Positions 8,266 to 16,723 of a stretch of 64,000 bases of DNA are shown one piece after another. A model generated the notes under the pieces. That model searched no databases. It was not told the origin of the DNA and worked only from the letters and a program-made list of their open reading frames with translations. The stretch is from NCBI GenBank assembly GCA_963666765.1, contig OY762933.1, positions 2,695,422 to 2,759,421 of the forward strand, written 5' to 3'. Position 1 is the stretch's first letter. Each line of letters starts with the position of its first letter. The stretch comes from Gammaproteobacteria bacterium (lineage in GTDB: Bacteria > Pseudomonadota > Gammaproteobacteria > Steroidobacterales > Foliamicaceae). The position numbers were made by a program, and so were the translations under genes.

Positions 8266-9625
8266 TTCGGCAAAGCCGCATCAGGCCGTCGATGTCCGGC
8301 GCCGATTCGAGGTCCCACACGGCGGCAAGAATCTCTTCCGCCCGTCCCGCGGGCAATACGGGTTCCGCCGCGGCACGAAAAATCCCGGCAAGTTCCTCGT
8401 CGCTCATCCGCCGGCCGGGGCTGCCGAGGAACGCGTCCACGGATGTGGACTCGGTGGCGCCGTCGCTGAACTCGATTTCCATCGAGCAGCCGTCAAAACT
8501 CTCGCGATTCTCGTCGCGGACCAGCTCCACGCGTGAGCGCAGCGCCAGGATGTCGGGGTCGGTGTAGGCGGACTCGCGCATCTCGTCCAGCGTGAAACGT
8601 CCGCGCCGCCAGGCCGCCGCGACGCAGAAACACAGGTCGAAGCGCGCGGTGAGTTCGCTGTGCGGATCGCCGAAGCGTTGCATGCGTTCGTCGCAGATGT
8701 CCACCACGATGGGCTCGACCATGATGCGCACCCGCTCCACCTTCCGGCCCCCGGCGCGCGGCAGCAGCTCGAGCGCGCACTCGATGGGCGCGTGCGTAAT
8801 GGTTTCGGTGGGAACCGACTTGTAGCTCTGGCCGTGTATGCGCCAGGGGTCTCCCAGCGAATCGAGGATTTCTTCGATCTTCTCCGCCGGTTCGTCGGAA
8901 TACGACTCGCGCATTCCCTTGTCGCCTTCGAAGGCGGTGGCGGGCGCGTCCATTCCGCGCCCGGCCAGGTCGGCCGCGTTAAGCCCCGACATGGCGGTGG
9001 CGCCGGTAATGTAGGAGAGGGTCATGCTGCCCACCGACTCATAGGCGCCGAAGGCCGTGCACATGGCAATGGCCAGGGCGTTGCGCATGCGCTCGCTGTC
9101 CAGGCCCGCCAGCAGCGAGCAGGCGGCGGCGGCGCCTACCCCGCCGGTCAGGCCGGCCGGCACAAAGCCGCGGTAGTAGCCGGTGGGCATCAGCGCCCGG
9201 GCGCAGGCCAGTTCCACTTCGATGCCCAGCGCCAGCGCCTCCACCATCTCGCGGCCGCTGTTCGCGCGGGACTCGGCGGTCGCCAGGACGGCGGGCAGGA
9301 CCGCGGACGTGGCGTGCATGTAGCAGGGAATGTAGGTGTCATGGAAGTCAAGTACTTCGAACAGCGCGCCGTTCACCATCGCCGCGCGGGCCGGTTCCAT
9401 CCGGGTGCCCAGCCACAGGACCCGCGCGTTGCCTTCGCCGCCGGTCGCGCCGCCCCACTCGTGGAGGATGCGAACGACCTCGTGACCGGTCGCGCCCACC
9501 GAAGCCTTGAGCTGGTTCAGCAACAGCCTTTTCGCCTCGTGGCGCGCGTCGTCGGGGACGCCGCCGCCCGCATGGTCCCCGGCAAAGGCAACCAGGCGTT
9601 CGGCCACCGTCCGGTCCGCGCTCAT
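8258..9625 (-). CDS. MmgE/PrpD family protein
   Basis: Start at internal ATG 9625 (MSADRTVAERLVAFAG...), overlapping the upstream stop as ATGA. PrpD-like N- and C-domain sequence runs throughout (LLNQLKASVGA..., SYKSVPTETITHAPIE). Confidence 0.85.
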   Translation of the reverse strand: MSADRTVAERLVAFAGDHAGGGVPDDARHEAKRLLLNQLKASVGATGHEVVRILHEWGGATGGEGNARVLWLGTRMEPARAAMVNGALFEVLDFHDTYIPCYMHATSAVLPAVLATAESRANSGREMVEALALGIEVELACARALMPTGYYRGFVPAGLTGGVGAAAACSLLAGLDSERMRNALAIAMCTAFGAYESVGSMTLSYITGATAMSGLNAADLAGRGMDAPATAFEGDKGMRESYSDEPAEKIEEILDSLGDPWRIHGQSYKSVPTETITHAPIECALELLPRAGGRKVERVRIMVEPIVVDICDERMQRFGDPHSELTARFDLCFCVAAAWRRGRFTLDEMRESAYTDPDILALRSRVELVRDENRESFDGCSMEIEFSDGATESTSVDAFLGSPGRRMSDEELAGIFRAAAEPVLPAGRAEEILAAVWDLESAPDIDGLMRLCRID

Positions 9626-10542
9626 TCTCCGGGTACTCCGTCCTGCGCTACGGCGCCGTACATCCACTCCAGCAGGCCGGATTCCTCCTGGTTTTGCGCG
9701 CCAAGCGCGCTGATCGCCCGATGCGCGGCATACCCGCGCAGCCCCACGAGGGTCGGTCGGCCGGCGTAAACGCTCGTGTAACAGGCCGCCACCGGGTACG
9801 CGTGAATCGTGCGGATGGACCTCGCCCAATCCACGGCGACCCGGTCACCGAGCAGTTCACGGCCCGTGTCCCGCCCGCCCAGCACGATTTCAACCGTGGC
9901 CTGGTATTGCTGTTCGGGCGGATGAGTCTTGATCGGGTAACCCGCCTTGCGCTCGGCCTCCATGTCCGGGGCGTCGAACAGGCTCATCCGCACCCGCAGC
10001 ACGCCGTCGAGGCCCGACCAGCGCCGGGCCAGGGCCCTGACGCATTCCCGGAACGAGGGTTCGTCCTTACGGCGGCGCATGAACAGGGCGTAAGCCGGTG
10101 CGGTTGGCGGACCCTGGGGCGTGGCGTCGCCCGTGCGGTCGGCATAGGTGCGGGTGTTCGCACCCACGGCGCGGTAGGTCGTGCTCCGGTCCACGATCAG
10201 TTCGATGTCGCCGAGCAAGTGCGGCTTTACGTCAGGCGGCGGCGTGGCGTCGAAGGCCGCCAGGCCGGCATCGTCCCGGTAGCGAACGTCCGATGTCCAC
10301 ATGAGTTGCTCGCCCCGGGGGCATTCGAGCTGCACGCCTCCCGCTCCGCCCAACAGGGCGGGATCGACATCGTCGTACTGGTAGTGCCGGTAGTCGTAAA
10401 TCCCGGCGCGGCGGGAAATGGCGGGGCTGTGGACGTCCCGCCAGTAGCGGCGAACCCAGGTCAGCGGCAGTTCCGGCTTTTTCCAGCCGCAGGTGATTCG
10501 GGCAATGCCGGCCCGGTTTTCGATTTCGGTCAGGTTGGTCAT
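9622..10542 (-). CDS. hypothetical protein, possibly a tandem EthD-like (dimeric alpha/beta barrel) protein
   Basis: Start taken at ATG 10542 (MTNLTEIENRAG...). The EthD-like signature WVRRYWRDVHSPAI is only weak recognition. It is translationally coupled to the PrpD-like gene. Confidence 0.55.
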   Translation of the reverse strand: MTNLTEIENRAGIARITCGWKKPELPLTWVRRYWRDVHSPAISRRAGIYDYRHYQYDDVDPALLGGAGGVQLECPRGEQLMWTSDVRYRDDAGLAAFDATPPPDVKPHLLGDIELIVDRSTTYRAVGANTRTYADRTGDATPQGPPTAPAYALFMRRRKDEPSFRECVRALARRWSGLDGVLRVRMSLFDAPDMEAERKAGYPIKTHPPEQQYQATVEIVLGGRDTGRELLGDRVAVDWARSIRTIHAYPVAACYTSVYAGRPTLVGLRGYAAHRAISALGAQNQEESGLLEWMYGAVAQDGVPGE

Positions 10543-10669
10543 TGCGCCCGATATCTTAGGGGCAGTTAACGTAACAGGCCCATTCGGCAATGTTTCCGAA
10601 GCGGCGGAAACCGCGCACTCGTATAACATGTACAGGGCGCTTTCCCGCAGTCAAAAGGAACAATTTCAC

Positions 10670-11521
10670 ATGACCATTCTCGTAGCCGGCGCGACCGGCA
10701 ATGTCGGCCGCCCGACGGTTGCGGCCCTGCTTTCCCGGGGCGAATCCGTGCGCGCGCTGAGCCGCTCGGAAGACAAGTTCGGCACCCTGCCCGAAGGCGC
10801 GGAAGGCGCCGTCGCGGACCTGGAAACCGGCAGCGGCCTGGACGCGGCTCTCGACGGAGTGGACCGCTTTTTTCTGATTACCGCCAACGGGGAAACGGAA
10901 ACCCGGCGCGGCCTGAACGCCGTCAATGCCGCGAAGTCGGCCGGCGTCGGGAGGATCGTCTACCTGTCGGTGCATAACCCCGACCAGGAGCCCCCGATTC
11001 CGCACAGCCGCAGCAAATTGCCCATCGAGGCGGCGATCCGGGAAAGCGGCGCGGAGTACACGATTCTGCGCCCGAGTTATTTCAACCAGACCGATCTCTC
11101 CGTGGTCCGCGTCGTCAAGGACTTCGGCGTTTACCCGATGCCCATCGGGACGATCGGCCAGAACCGCGTGGACACCCGCGACATCGCCGATTGCGCCGCG
11201 CGCGCATTGACCGAAGACGGGCATTCGGGGGCGGAATACGATCTGCACGGGCCGGACACGGTCAGCGGTCCCGGCGCCGCGGCGGTTTACGCGAAGCACT
11301 TCGGGCGCGAGGTCTTCTACGGCGGCGATGATGTGGAGAAATGGGGCGAGTCGGTCAAGGCGTTTATCCCGCCCTGGCTGCTGGAATCGCTGAAGAAGAT
11401 GTTCCTGGCCCAGCAGGCGCACGGCCCGGCCGCCAGCGAAGGCGAGGTGGCCGCGTCGCGCATGGCCGTCGGCCATCCCCTGCGCACCTTCGACGCCTTC
11501 GTGGCCGAACTGGCCGCGTGA
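10670..11521 (+). CDS. NmrA/SDR-family NAD(P)-binding protein
   Basis: Start at ATG 10670 (MTILVAGATGNVGRPTVAALLSRG), a Rossmann GxxGxxG motif. The rest is NmrA-like. Confidence 0.85.
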   Translation: MTILVAGATGNVGRPTVAALLSRGESVRALSRSEDKFGTLPEGAEGAVADLETGSGLDAALDGVDRFFLITANGETETRRGLNAVNAAKSAGVGRIVYLSVHNPDQEPPIPHSRSKLPIEAAIRESGAEYTILRPSYFNQTDLSVVRVVKDFGVYPMPIGTIGQNRVDTRDIADCAARALTEDGHSGAEYDLHGPDTVSGPGAAAVYAKHFGREVFYGGDDVEKWGESVKAFIPPWLLESLKKMFLAQQAHGPAASEGEVAASRMAVGHPLRTFDAFVAELAA

Positions 11522-11530
11522 TCGCCGGCG

Positions 11531-11798
11531 CCAGTGTCGTGTCCCGCCTGTATCGTCGCATCAGCGCTTCTTCCCAGGCTCGTGGCGAGGCGCGTCCCGC
11601 CGGGAATGGCGTCTCCCATTGCCCAGGGGCGCAACGCGGCCACGGGCCAGGGGAGAAGCGCCCTTCGGGAGCGGGCGTAGCGCGCCCCCGCGGCGTTGCA
11701 GCCGTTCGCAATACGGCGAGTATTCCGTGCCGGCTGCGTCTTGCAGGGACACGCTACGCCCGCTCTGATGCGACGATACAGGCGGGACACGACACTAG
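11531..11798. mobile_element. 268-bp foldback (MITE-like) element E1, CTAG-bounded
   Basis: Perfect 32-bp terminal inverted repeat AGTGTCGTGTCCCGCCTGTATCGTCGCATCAG (11533-11564) versus 11765-11796. The interior is homologous to the element at 60773-61043 (61/66 identical in 11582-11647). The right-hand CTAG (11795-11798) contains the stop codon of the flhC-like gene. Confidence 0.65.
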
Positions 11799-12379
11799 CG
11801 GCAGGTGATTCGCGCCGGGCCGCTCGGCACCGGCTGTTCGCAGAAGGGGCCGCGCCCGTAGTCGAGGGCGTAGGCGTCGTGGACGTATAGCGCACCGCAG
11901 GATTCGCATGCGGCAATAGTCAGTTCCTGCGTCTCCGCCAGGGCTCGCAGCAGGGTGGCGGCAAGTTCCAGGGACATTTCTCCGCCGGGCACCAGGTGGC
12001 GGTGCATTTCGAAGGCGTCGCACAGGCGGCGCCCCTGCGAAAGCAGGCTCAGCCTGCCCGGCAGCAGGCATCCGGACGAACCGCCGGGCACCACCAGTCC
12101 GGCGTGCATGAACAGGGACACCAAAACGGTGGATTCGCAGTGCCGGTCGCGGCTCTTGAAGAAATGCGCCACGCGGCTGGGCGGCCGCCCGCGCTTGCGG
12201 CGAGGCAGCCTGTTCCTTCCGTGCTCGGCCACGTAGCTGACATAGGCCTTGCGTATCCGGTCGCTGGAAAGCCCCGTGTAGCGTCCGATTGTGCTCGTGC
12301 GGGCCTGCAGGCCGAGCATGCGGATGGCCAGATCGAATCGGTCGAGTTCTCCCTCGTAACGGCTTTGGGTAACACGCAT
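11795..12379 (-). CDS. FlhC-family transcriptional activator-like protein
   Basis: 194 aa, similar in length to FlhC (about 190 aa). N-terminal DLAIRMLGLQAR...GLSSDRIRKAY aligns with FlhC IQLAMELITLGAR...LSRGRLIKLY. The C-terminal Cys cluster CESC...FC..C aligns with the FlhC zinc site. Confidence 0.65.
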   Translation of the reverse strand: MRVTQSRYEGELDRFDLAIRMLGLQARTSTIGRYTGLSSDRIRKAYVSYVAEHGRNRLPRRKRGRPPSRVAHFFKSRDRHCESTVLVSLFMHAGLVVPGGSSGCLLPGRLSLLSQGRRLCDAFEMHRHLVPGGEMSLELAATLLRALAETQELTIAACESCGALYVHDAYALDYGRGPFCEQPVPSGPARITCR

Positions 12380-12591
12380 GGCACAGGTGTTCTAGCGAAT
12401 TAGGATTAAGATTGCAATTCAAAAAATGGGCCATTCAGCCACTTTTTAAGGGTTGATCATGATTGCAGTGTTTGTCTGAATAGTAAATCAAGAAAAATCG
12501 CAACTACCACATGAACCGGCGAGAGCGCCTCCTTGTCTGACAAAGAAACAGAACCTGCGTCAACACGGTAGCAGCTGGAAGGAGAATACGG

Positions 12592-13212
12592 ATGGCAGAT
12601 GAGTCAAACGAACGAAAAAGGTTGGAAGAGATCTTTGAAATCAATCGCCGCTTTGTCGATTTGATTGCCCGGCATGAGGGCGATGCTGACGGCGGCAGGT
12701 ACGGACTTGCAGAGGAGTATTGCAGAGAAATCAGAGCATTGACGGACTCGCAACGCGACGCGGTCGCCAGCGTGCCTTTGCTGCTGGTCACCGTTAACCG
12801 CGGCGACATCGAGAGGGCAGGGACGGTGCGTGACAGCGAAGACGGGGAGCGGCGGAATCCCGGCGGGAAAGATGCGGCGGAGCAGGTGTTCGGTGCGGCG
12901 CTGATGACCTGGCTGGCCCAGGATGCGCAGCAGAACCACACGCTGTCGTCGCTGTGGCTGGGCGCCTCCAGCCAGGAAGGCGAGCGGGTCGGGAATATGA
13001 ATTTCGGTGAAATCCAGAGTCTCGCCCCGCACGCCGCAAGCATCCTCAAGGCGCGCTTTGCCGACCGTCCCGGCGTATGGAGAGAACTGTTGCGGGCCGC
13101 GCACTCCGATGACTCGAAGCGGCAGCTTCTTGCCCGTCTGGCCGTGCTTCCGCATTCCTATCCCGTCAGCAGGAAGACCGCCCCGGATCCCTGGCGCAAA
13201 CGCCGCCGCTAA
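12592..13212 (+). CDS. FlhD-like N-terminal domain protein with an about 100-aa C-terminal extension
   Basis: Strong SD (GGAAGGAG) 7 nt upstream of the ATG. LEEIFEINRRFVDLIA...YGLAEEYCREIRALT...PLLLVT parallels FlhD LKHIYDINLSYLLLAQ...LGINEEMATTLAALT...NQLVCHF. The C-terminal half is unrecognised. Confidence 0.5.
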   Translation: MADESNERKRLEEIFEINRRFVDLIARHEGDADGGRYGLAEEYCREIRALTDSQRDAVASVPLLLVTVNRGDIERAGTVRDSEDGERRNPGGKDAAEQVFGAALMTWLAQDAQQNHTLSSLWLGASSQEGERVGNMNFGEIQSLAPHAASILKARFADRPGVWRELLRAAHSDDSKRQLLARLAVLPHSYPVSRKTAPDPWRKRRR

Positions 13213-13266
13213 GGCTGCGAAAGCGCCGGGAAAAACCGCAAACCGGCTATACTCTGGGCCCTTGGA

Positions 13267-13339
13267 GGGCCTGTAGCTCAGTGGTAAGAGCAGGTGGCTC
13301 ATAACCACTTGGTCGCAGGTTCGAGTCCTGCCGGGCCCA
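13267..13339 (+). tRNA. tRNA with CAT anticodon (elongator Met; Ile2-lysidine type not excluded)
   Basis: Hand-folded cloverleaf: acceptor GGGCCTG/CGGGCCC, D arm GCTC-AGTGGTAA-GAGC, anticodon arm GGTGG-CTCATAA-CCACT, variable loop TGGTC, T arm GCAGG-TTCGAGT-CCTGC, discriminator A. No encoded CCA. Confidence 0.9.
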
Positions 13340-13385
13340 TTACGCCGCCCTCGGCGAAAACCGGGTGGTCATAAGGTGGTTGAGC

Positions 13386-14867
13386 ATGATGGATTTCGTT
13401 GACCAGGCCGTCGACATCCTGACGCAGCTGTTTCTTCTCGCGGTCGGGACCACGCTGCTGGTGCTGCTGGCGCTGCTGGTCGTGGACCTCGCGCAGACGG
13501 CCAACGCCGTTCGCAGGAACTACCCCGTCATCGGCCGTTTCCGGCGAGTCTTCGAGGTGGTGGGCGAGTTCATGCGGCAATACATGTTCGCCATGGACCG
13601 CGAGGAAATGCCGTTCAACCGGGCCCAGCGCACCTGGGTCGGCCGGGCCTCCAGCGCCGGCTCCATGACCGTGGCCTTCGGTTCGACCCGCGAGATGCGC
13701 TGGCCGGGTACGGCCATCTTCGCCAACGCGCCCTTCAGCCTGCTTGAGGAGGAATACCGGGACACGTCCGAAGTGACGATCGGCAAGGACGGCCCCAATC
13801 CGTACACCACCAACCGCATCTTCCATATTTCCGGAATGAGCTTCGGGGCCATCTCGAAGCCCGCGGTGATGGCGCTGGGAAAGGGCGCCGCGATGGCCGG
13901 ATGCTGGATGAATACGGGCGAGGGTGGGCTTTCTCCCTGGCACCTCGAATCGGGCAACGACGTGGTATTTCAATTCGGGACGGCCAAGAATGGCGTGCGC
14001 ACCCCCGAGGGCGCCCTGAGCGAGGAGCGCTTGAGGGAGGTGGGCTCGAACCCGCAGGTGAAGATGATCGAGATCAAGCTGAGCCAGGGCGCCAAGCCGG
14101 GCAAGGGCGGGATCCTGCCGGGAGCCAAGGTGACCAGCGAGATCGCCGGCATCCGGGGCATCCGCCCGGGCGAGGACGCGGTAAGCCCGAACCGCCACAG
14201 GGAGGCGAGCAACAACGGGGAGTTGCTGGACCTGATCAGCCGGGTGCGCGATGTCGGCGGAAAGCCCACCGGATACAAGGCCGTAATCGGCAATCCCCGT
14301 TGGCTGGATGAACTTTTCGAACTGATCAACCGGCGCGGGCCGGACAGCGCACCCGACTTCATCACCGTGGATTCCGGCGACGGCGGCACGGGCGCCGCCC
14401 CGATGCCGCTCATGGACAATGTGGGCATGGTGCTCAGGGAGAGCCTGATCATGCTGGTGGACGCCCTGGAAAAACACGGTCTTCGCGAGCGCGTGCGGGT
14501 GGTGGCCAGCGGCAAGCTCATCACCCCGACGGAAGCGGCCTGGGCGCTGTGCGCCGGGGCGGACTTTGCGGTTTCCGCGAGGGGCTTCATGTTCGCGCTG
14601 GGCTGCATTCAGGCGATGCGCTGCAACCAGAACACCTGCCCCACGGGCATTACCACGCACAACCGGCGCCTGCAGCGCGGCCTCGATCCGCCGACCAAGG
14701 CGGTGAGCGTGGCCAATTACCAGCGCCGCGTAGAGGAGGAACTGAAGATCATCGCGCATTCCTGTGGAGTCCCCGAGCCGCGCCGGCTGCGCCGCGAGCA
14801 TTGCCGCATCGTTCAGCCGGACGGCCGCAGCCGGCTGTTGTCGGAGATTTATCCGAAGGCGGCGTAA
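13386..14867 (+). CDS. FMN-binding glutamate synthase-related protein (GltB central-domain family) with an N-terminal TM segment
   Basis: Start ATG 13386 follows AAGGTGG. Contains ISGMSFGAIS, KLSQGAKPGKGGILPG and VDSGDGGTGAAP motifs of the GltS FMN domain. Confidence 0.85.
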   Translation: MMDFVDQAVDILTQLFLLAVGTTLLVLLALLVVDLAQTANAVRRNYPVIGRFRRVFEVVGEFMRQYMFAMDREEMPFNRAQRTWVGRASSAGSMTVAFGSTREMRWPGTAIFANAPFSLLEEEYRDTSEVTIGKDGPNPYTTNRIFHISGMSFGAISKPAVMALGKGAAMAGCWMNTGEGGLSPWHLESGNDVVFQFGTAKNGVRTPEGALSEERLREVGSNPQVKMIEIKLSQGAKPGKGGILPGAKVTSEIAGIRGIRPGEDAVSPNRHREASNNGELLDLISRVRDVGGKPTGYKAVIGNPRWLDELFELINRRGPDSAPDFITVDSGDGGTGAAPMPLMDNVGMVLRESLIMLVDALEKHGLRERVRVVASGKLITPTEAAWALCAGADFAVSARGFMFALGCIQAMRCNQNTCPTGITTHNRRLQRGLDPPTKAVSVANYQRRVEEELKIIAHSCGVPEPRRLRREHCRIVQPDGRSRLLSEIYPKAA

Positions 14868-14870
14868 GAT

Positions 14871-15383
14871 ATGGGCATGACGGTATCGATACGCGCATGC
14901 CTCGCCTGCCTTATGGGCGCCATCCTGCTCGCCTCGGGGCCGGCTGGCGCGCAGACGTCCCGTTCCCAGTCGGTGTTCGGCGCCGACCCGAACCTTTCCG
15001 ACGGTGCGCTGGCGTTGCGCCTGGGCGACTTTGAGGAGGGCATCCGGCTGACCCTGGAAGGCTTGCGGGCGCCGGCGGGAACAACCCACAGCATTCGCAC
15101 CCGGTCCTCCGCGCATAACAACCTTTGCGCGGGTTACGTGATGTCGGGCAAATTCGGGCAGGCGCTGGAGCATTGCAACGAAGCATTGCGGCTGAAACCG
15201 AACAACTGGCACGCCTATTCCAATCGCGCCGTGCTGTACGCTCTCACCGGGAGCCTGCGCAAGGCGGCCGAGGACATCGAAAGAGGCAAGCGCATCAACC
15301 CCGATGCAAAGCGGCTCAGGGAAGCGGAGGAATTCCTGAGCGTGCGCAGGGCGGCGCTCGGCCAAAGCCCGAAACCGGGTTGA
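14871..15383 (+). CDS. secreted TPR-repeat protein
   Basis: 170 aa. Signal peptide ...LLASGPAGAQT. TPR-like units (AHNNLCAGYVMSGKFGQALEHCNEALRLKPNNWHAYSNRAVLY). Confidence 0.7.
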   Translation: MGMTVSIRACLACLMGAILLASGPAGAQTSRSQSVFGADPNLSDGALALRLGDFEEGIRLTLEGLRAPAGTTHSIRTRSSAHNNLCAGYVMSGKFGQALEHCNEALRLKPNNWHAYSNRAVLYALTGSLRKAAEDIERGKRINPDAKRLREAEEFLSVRRAALGQSPKPG

Positions 15384-15435
15384 TGGCCGCATCGGGGAAA
15401 CGGTAGTCTTCCGCCAGCGTCGACCCACGATCCAG

Positions 15436-16722
15436 ATGCCGCGCCCGCTCATGCTGACGAGAAAGGACCTTATCCGGTACGGACTGGCGGCCGTTGTGCT
15501 GGCGCCGCTGGAGCGCGCGCTGGGCCAGGCGACCGAACCGGGCCCGGCCGGCGCCCCCTTCGACGGCGAGATCGTGCTGGGCGTGTCAGCCGCGTTTTCC
15601 GGGCCATCGCGAGGGCTGGGAACCGAACTCTACCGCGGTGCAAGCGCCTTCTTCAGCCGGGTGAACGAATCCGGCGGCATCAACGGCCGCAGGATCGTGC
15701 TGAAGATGTACGACGACGGCTACCAGCCCGACCCCTGCGTGGAAAACACCATGAAGCTGATGCTGGAGGACCAGGTCTTCCTCCTGTTCGGTTACGTGGG
15801 CACGCCCACCGTCACCCGCGTGCTGCCGCTGCTCAAGAAATTTCAGGACGAGAACATCTTCATGTTCTTTCCCTTCACCGGCGCCCAGCCGCAGAGGCAG
15901 CCGCCGTACGGCGAGTTTGCCTTCAACCTGAGGGCCTCCTACGCGCAGGAGACCGCGGGCCTGGTGAACAACTTCGTGCGCATCGGCAAGGAGCGCGTCG
16001 CCGTTTTCTACCAGGCCGACGCCTACGGGAGAAGCGGCTGGGCCGGCGTGAGGGCCGCGCTGGCCCCGCACGGCCTGCGGATCGCCGGCGAGGCCACCTA
16101 CAGCCGCGGCGCGCCGTTCACCGGCACCATGCGTCGCCAGGTCGAAATCCTCAAGGGGGCCGCGCCGGACGCGGTCATCTGCATCGGGGCCTATGCGGCC
16201 TGCGCCGCCTTTGCGCGCGACGCCGTCGATCTCGGACTCGAGGCGCCGATCGCCAACCTGTCCTTCGTGGGCAGCGAGAACATGCTCAAGCTGCTGGTCG
16301 AGGGGCGCGAGGACAGCGAGGCCTATACGCGGCTGCTGGTCAACTCGCAGGTCGTTCCCAGTTACGAGGACCTGTCGCTGCCGGCCGTGCGCGAATACCG
16401 CGAACTGATGGCCCGCTACGATCCGCAGGTTCCGCCCGAGCTGGTCAAGGAGGAGTACGCGCCCTTCCCCAACAGTTTCGGCAGCCTGGAAGGGTTCCTC
16501 AACGCCAAGCTCCTGGCGGAAATAATCCGCCGGCTTGAGGGCGAGGTGGACCGCGCCAGGCTGGAGGAGGCGGTCTTCTCGGTGCGGAATTTCGATCTGG
16601 GCGTCGGCGAGCGGGTTTCGTTCGGGCCGGACCGGCGCCAGGGATTGCAGACTGTTTACTACACGGTCGTCGAGGACGGCCGTTTCGTTCCCCTGGAGGA
16701 TTGGCAAGCCAAGTTTGGATGA
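15436..16722 (+). CDS. periplasmic substrate-binding protein, LivJ/type-1 PBP family (no cognate ABC permease or ATPase nearby)
   Basis: 428 aa. Signal-like N-terminus, then IVLGVSAAFSGPSRGLGTELYRGASAFFSRVNESGGINGRRIVLKMYDDGYQP, typical of Leu/Ile/Val-binding-type SBPs. Confidence 0.85.
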   Translation: MPRPLMLTRKDLIRYGLAAVVLAPLERALGQATEPGPAGAPFDGEIVLGVSAAFSGPSRGLGTELYRGASAFFSRVNESGGINGRRIVLKMYDDGYQPDPCVENTMKLMLEDQVFLLFGYVGTPTVTRVLPLLKKFQDENIFMFFPFTGAQPQRQPPYGEFAFNLRASYAQETAGLVNNFVRIGKERVAVFYQADAYGRSGWAGVRAALAPHGLRIAGEATYSRGAPFTGTMRRQVEILKGAAPDAVICIGAYAACAAFARDAVDLGLEAPIANLSFVGSENMLKLLVEGREDSEAYTRLLVNSQVVPSYEDLSLPAVREYRELMARYDPQVPPELVKEEYAPFPNSFGSLEGFLNAKLLAEIIRRLEGEVDRARLEEAVFSVRNFDLGVGERVSFGPDRRQGLQTVYYTVVEDGRFVPLEDWQAKFG

Positions 16723-16723
16723 T

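Noticed and set aside
11582-11647. The conserved E1/E2 core as a guide- or partner-dependent ncRNA (retron msr/msd, IscB/TnpB omega RNA, IS110 bridge RNA) or a known riboswitch
   Set aside because: No reverse transcriptase, TnpB/IscB, IS110 recombinase or any common protein gene flanks the two copies. The sequence matches no riboswitch or ncRNA consensus I recognise. It is kept only as a structured repeat of unknown role.
11795-13212. Canonical flagellar master regulator flhDC
   Set aside because: The genes are divergent rather than an flhD-flhC operon. The FlhD-like protein is about twice the normal length. No flagellar or chemotaxis genes are nearby. It is called only FlhDC-family-like.
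11531-13339. A genomic island integrated at tRNA-Met
   Set aside because: There is no integrase, no direct repeat of the tRNA 3' end, and the 3' end of the tRNA points away from the flhDC-like islet toward ordinary core genes. At most this is an old remnant.
13299-15452. 717-aa minus-strand ORF
   Set aside because: It runs antisense through the tRNA gene and two well-supported plus-strand genes. Its composition is Arg/Gly/Ala/Pro-rich low complexity with no recognisable motifs. This is the typical stop-poor shadow frame of GC-rich DNA.
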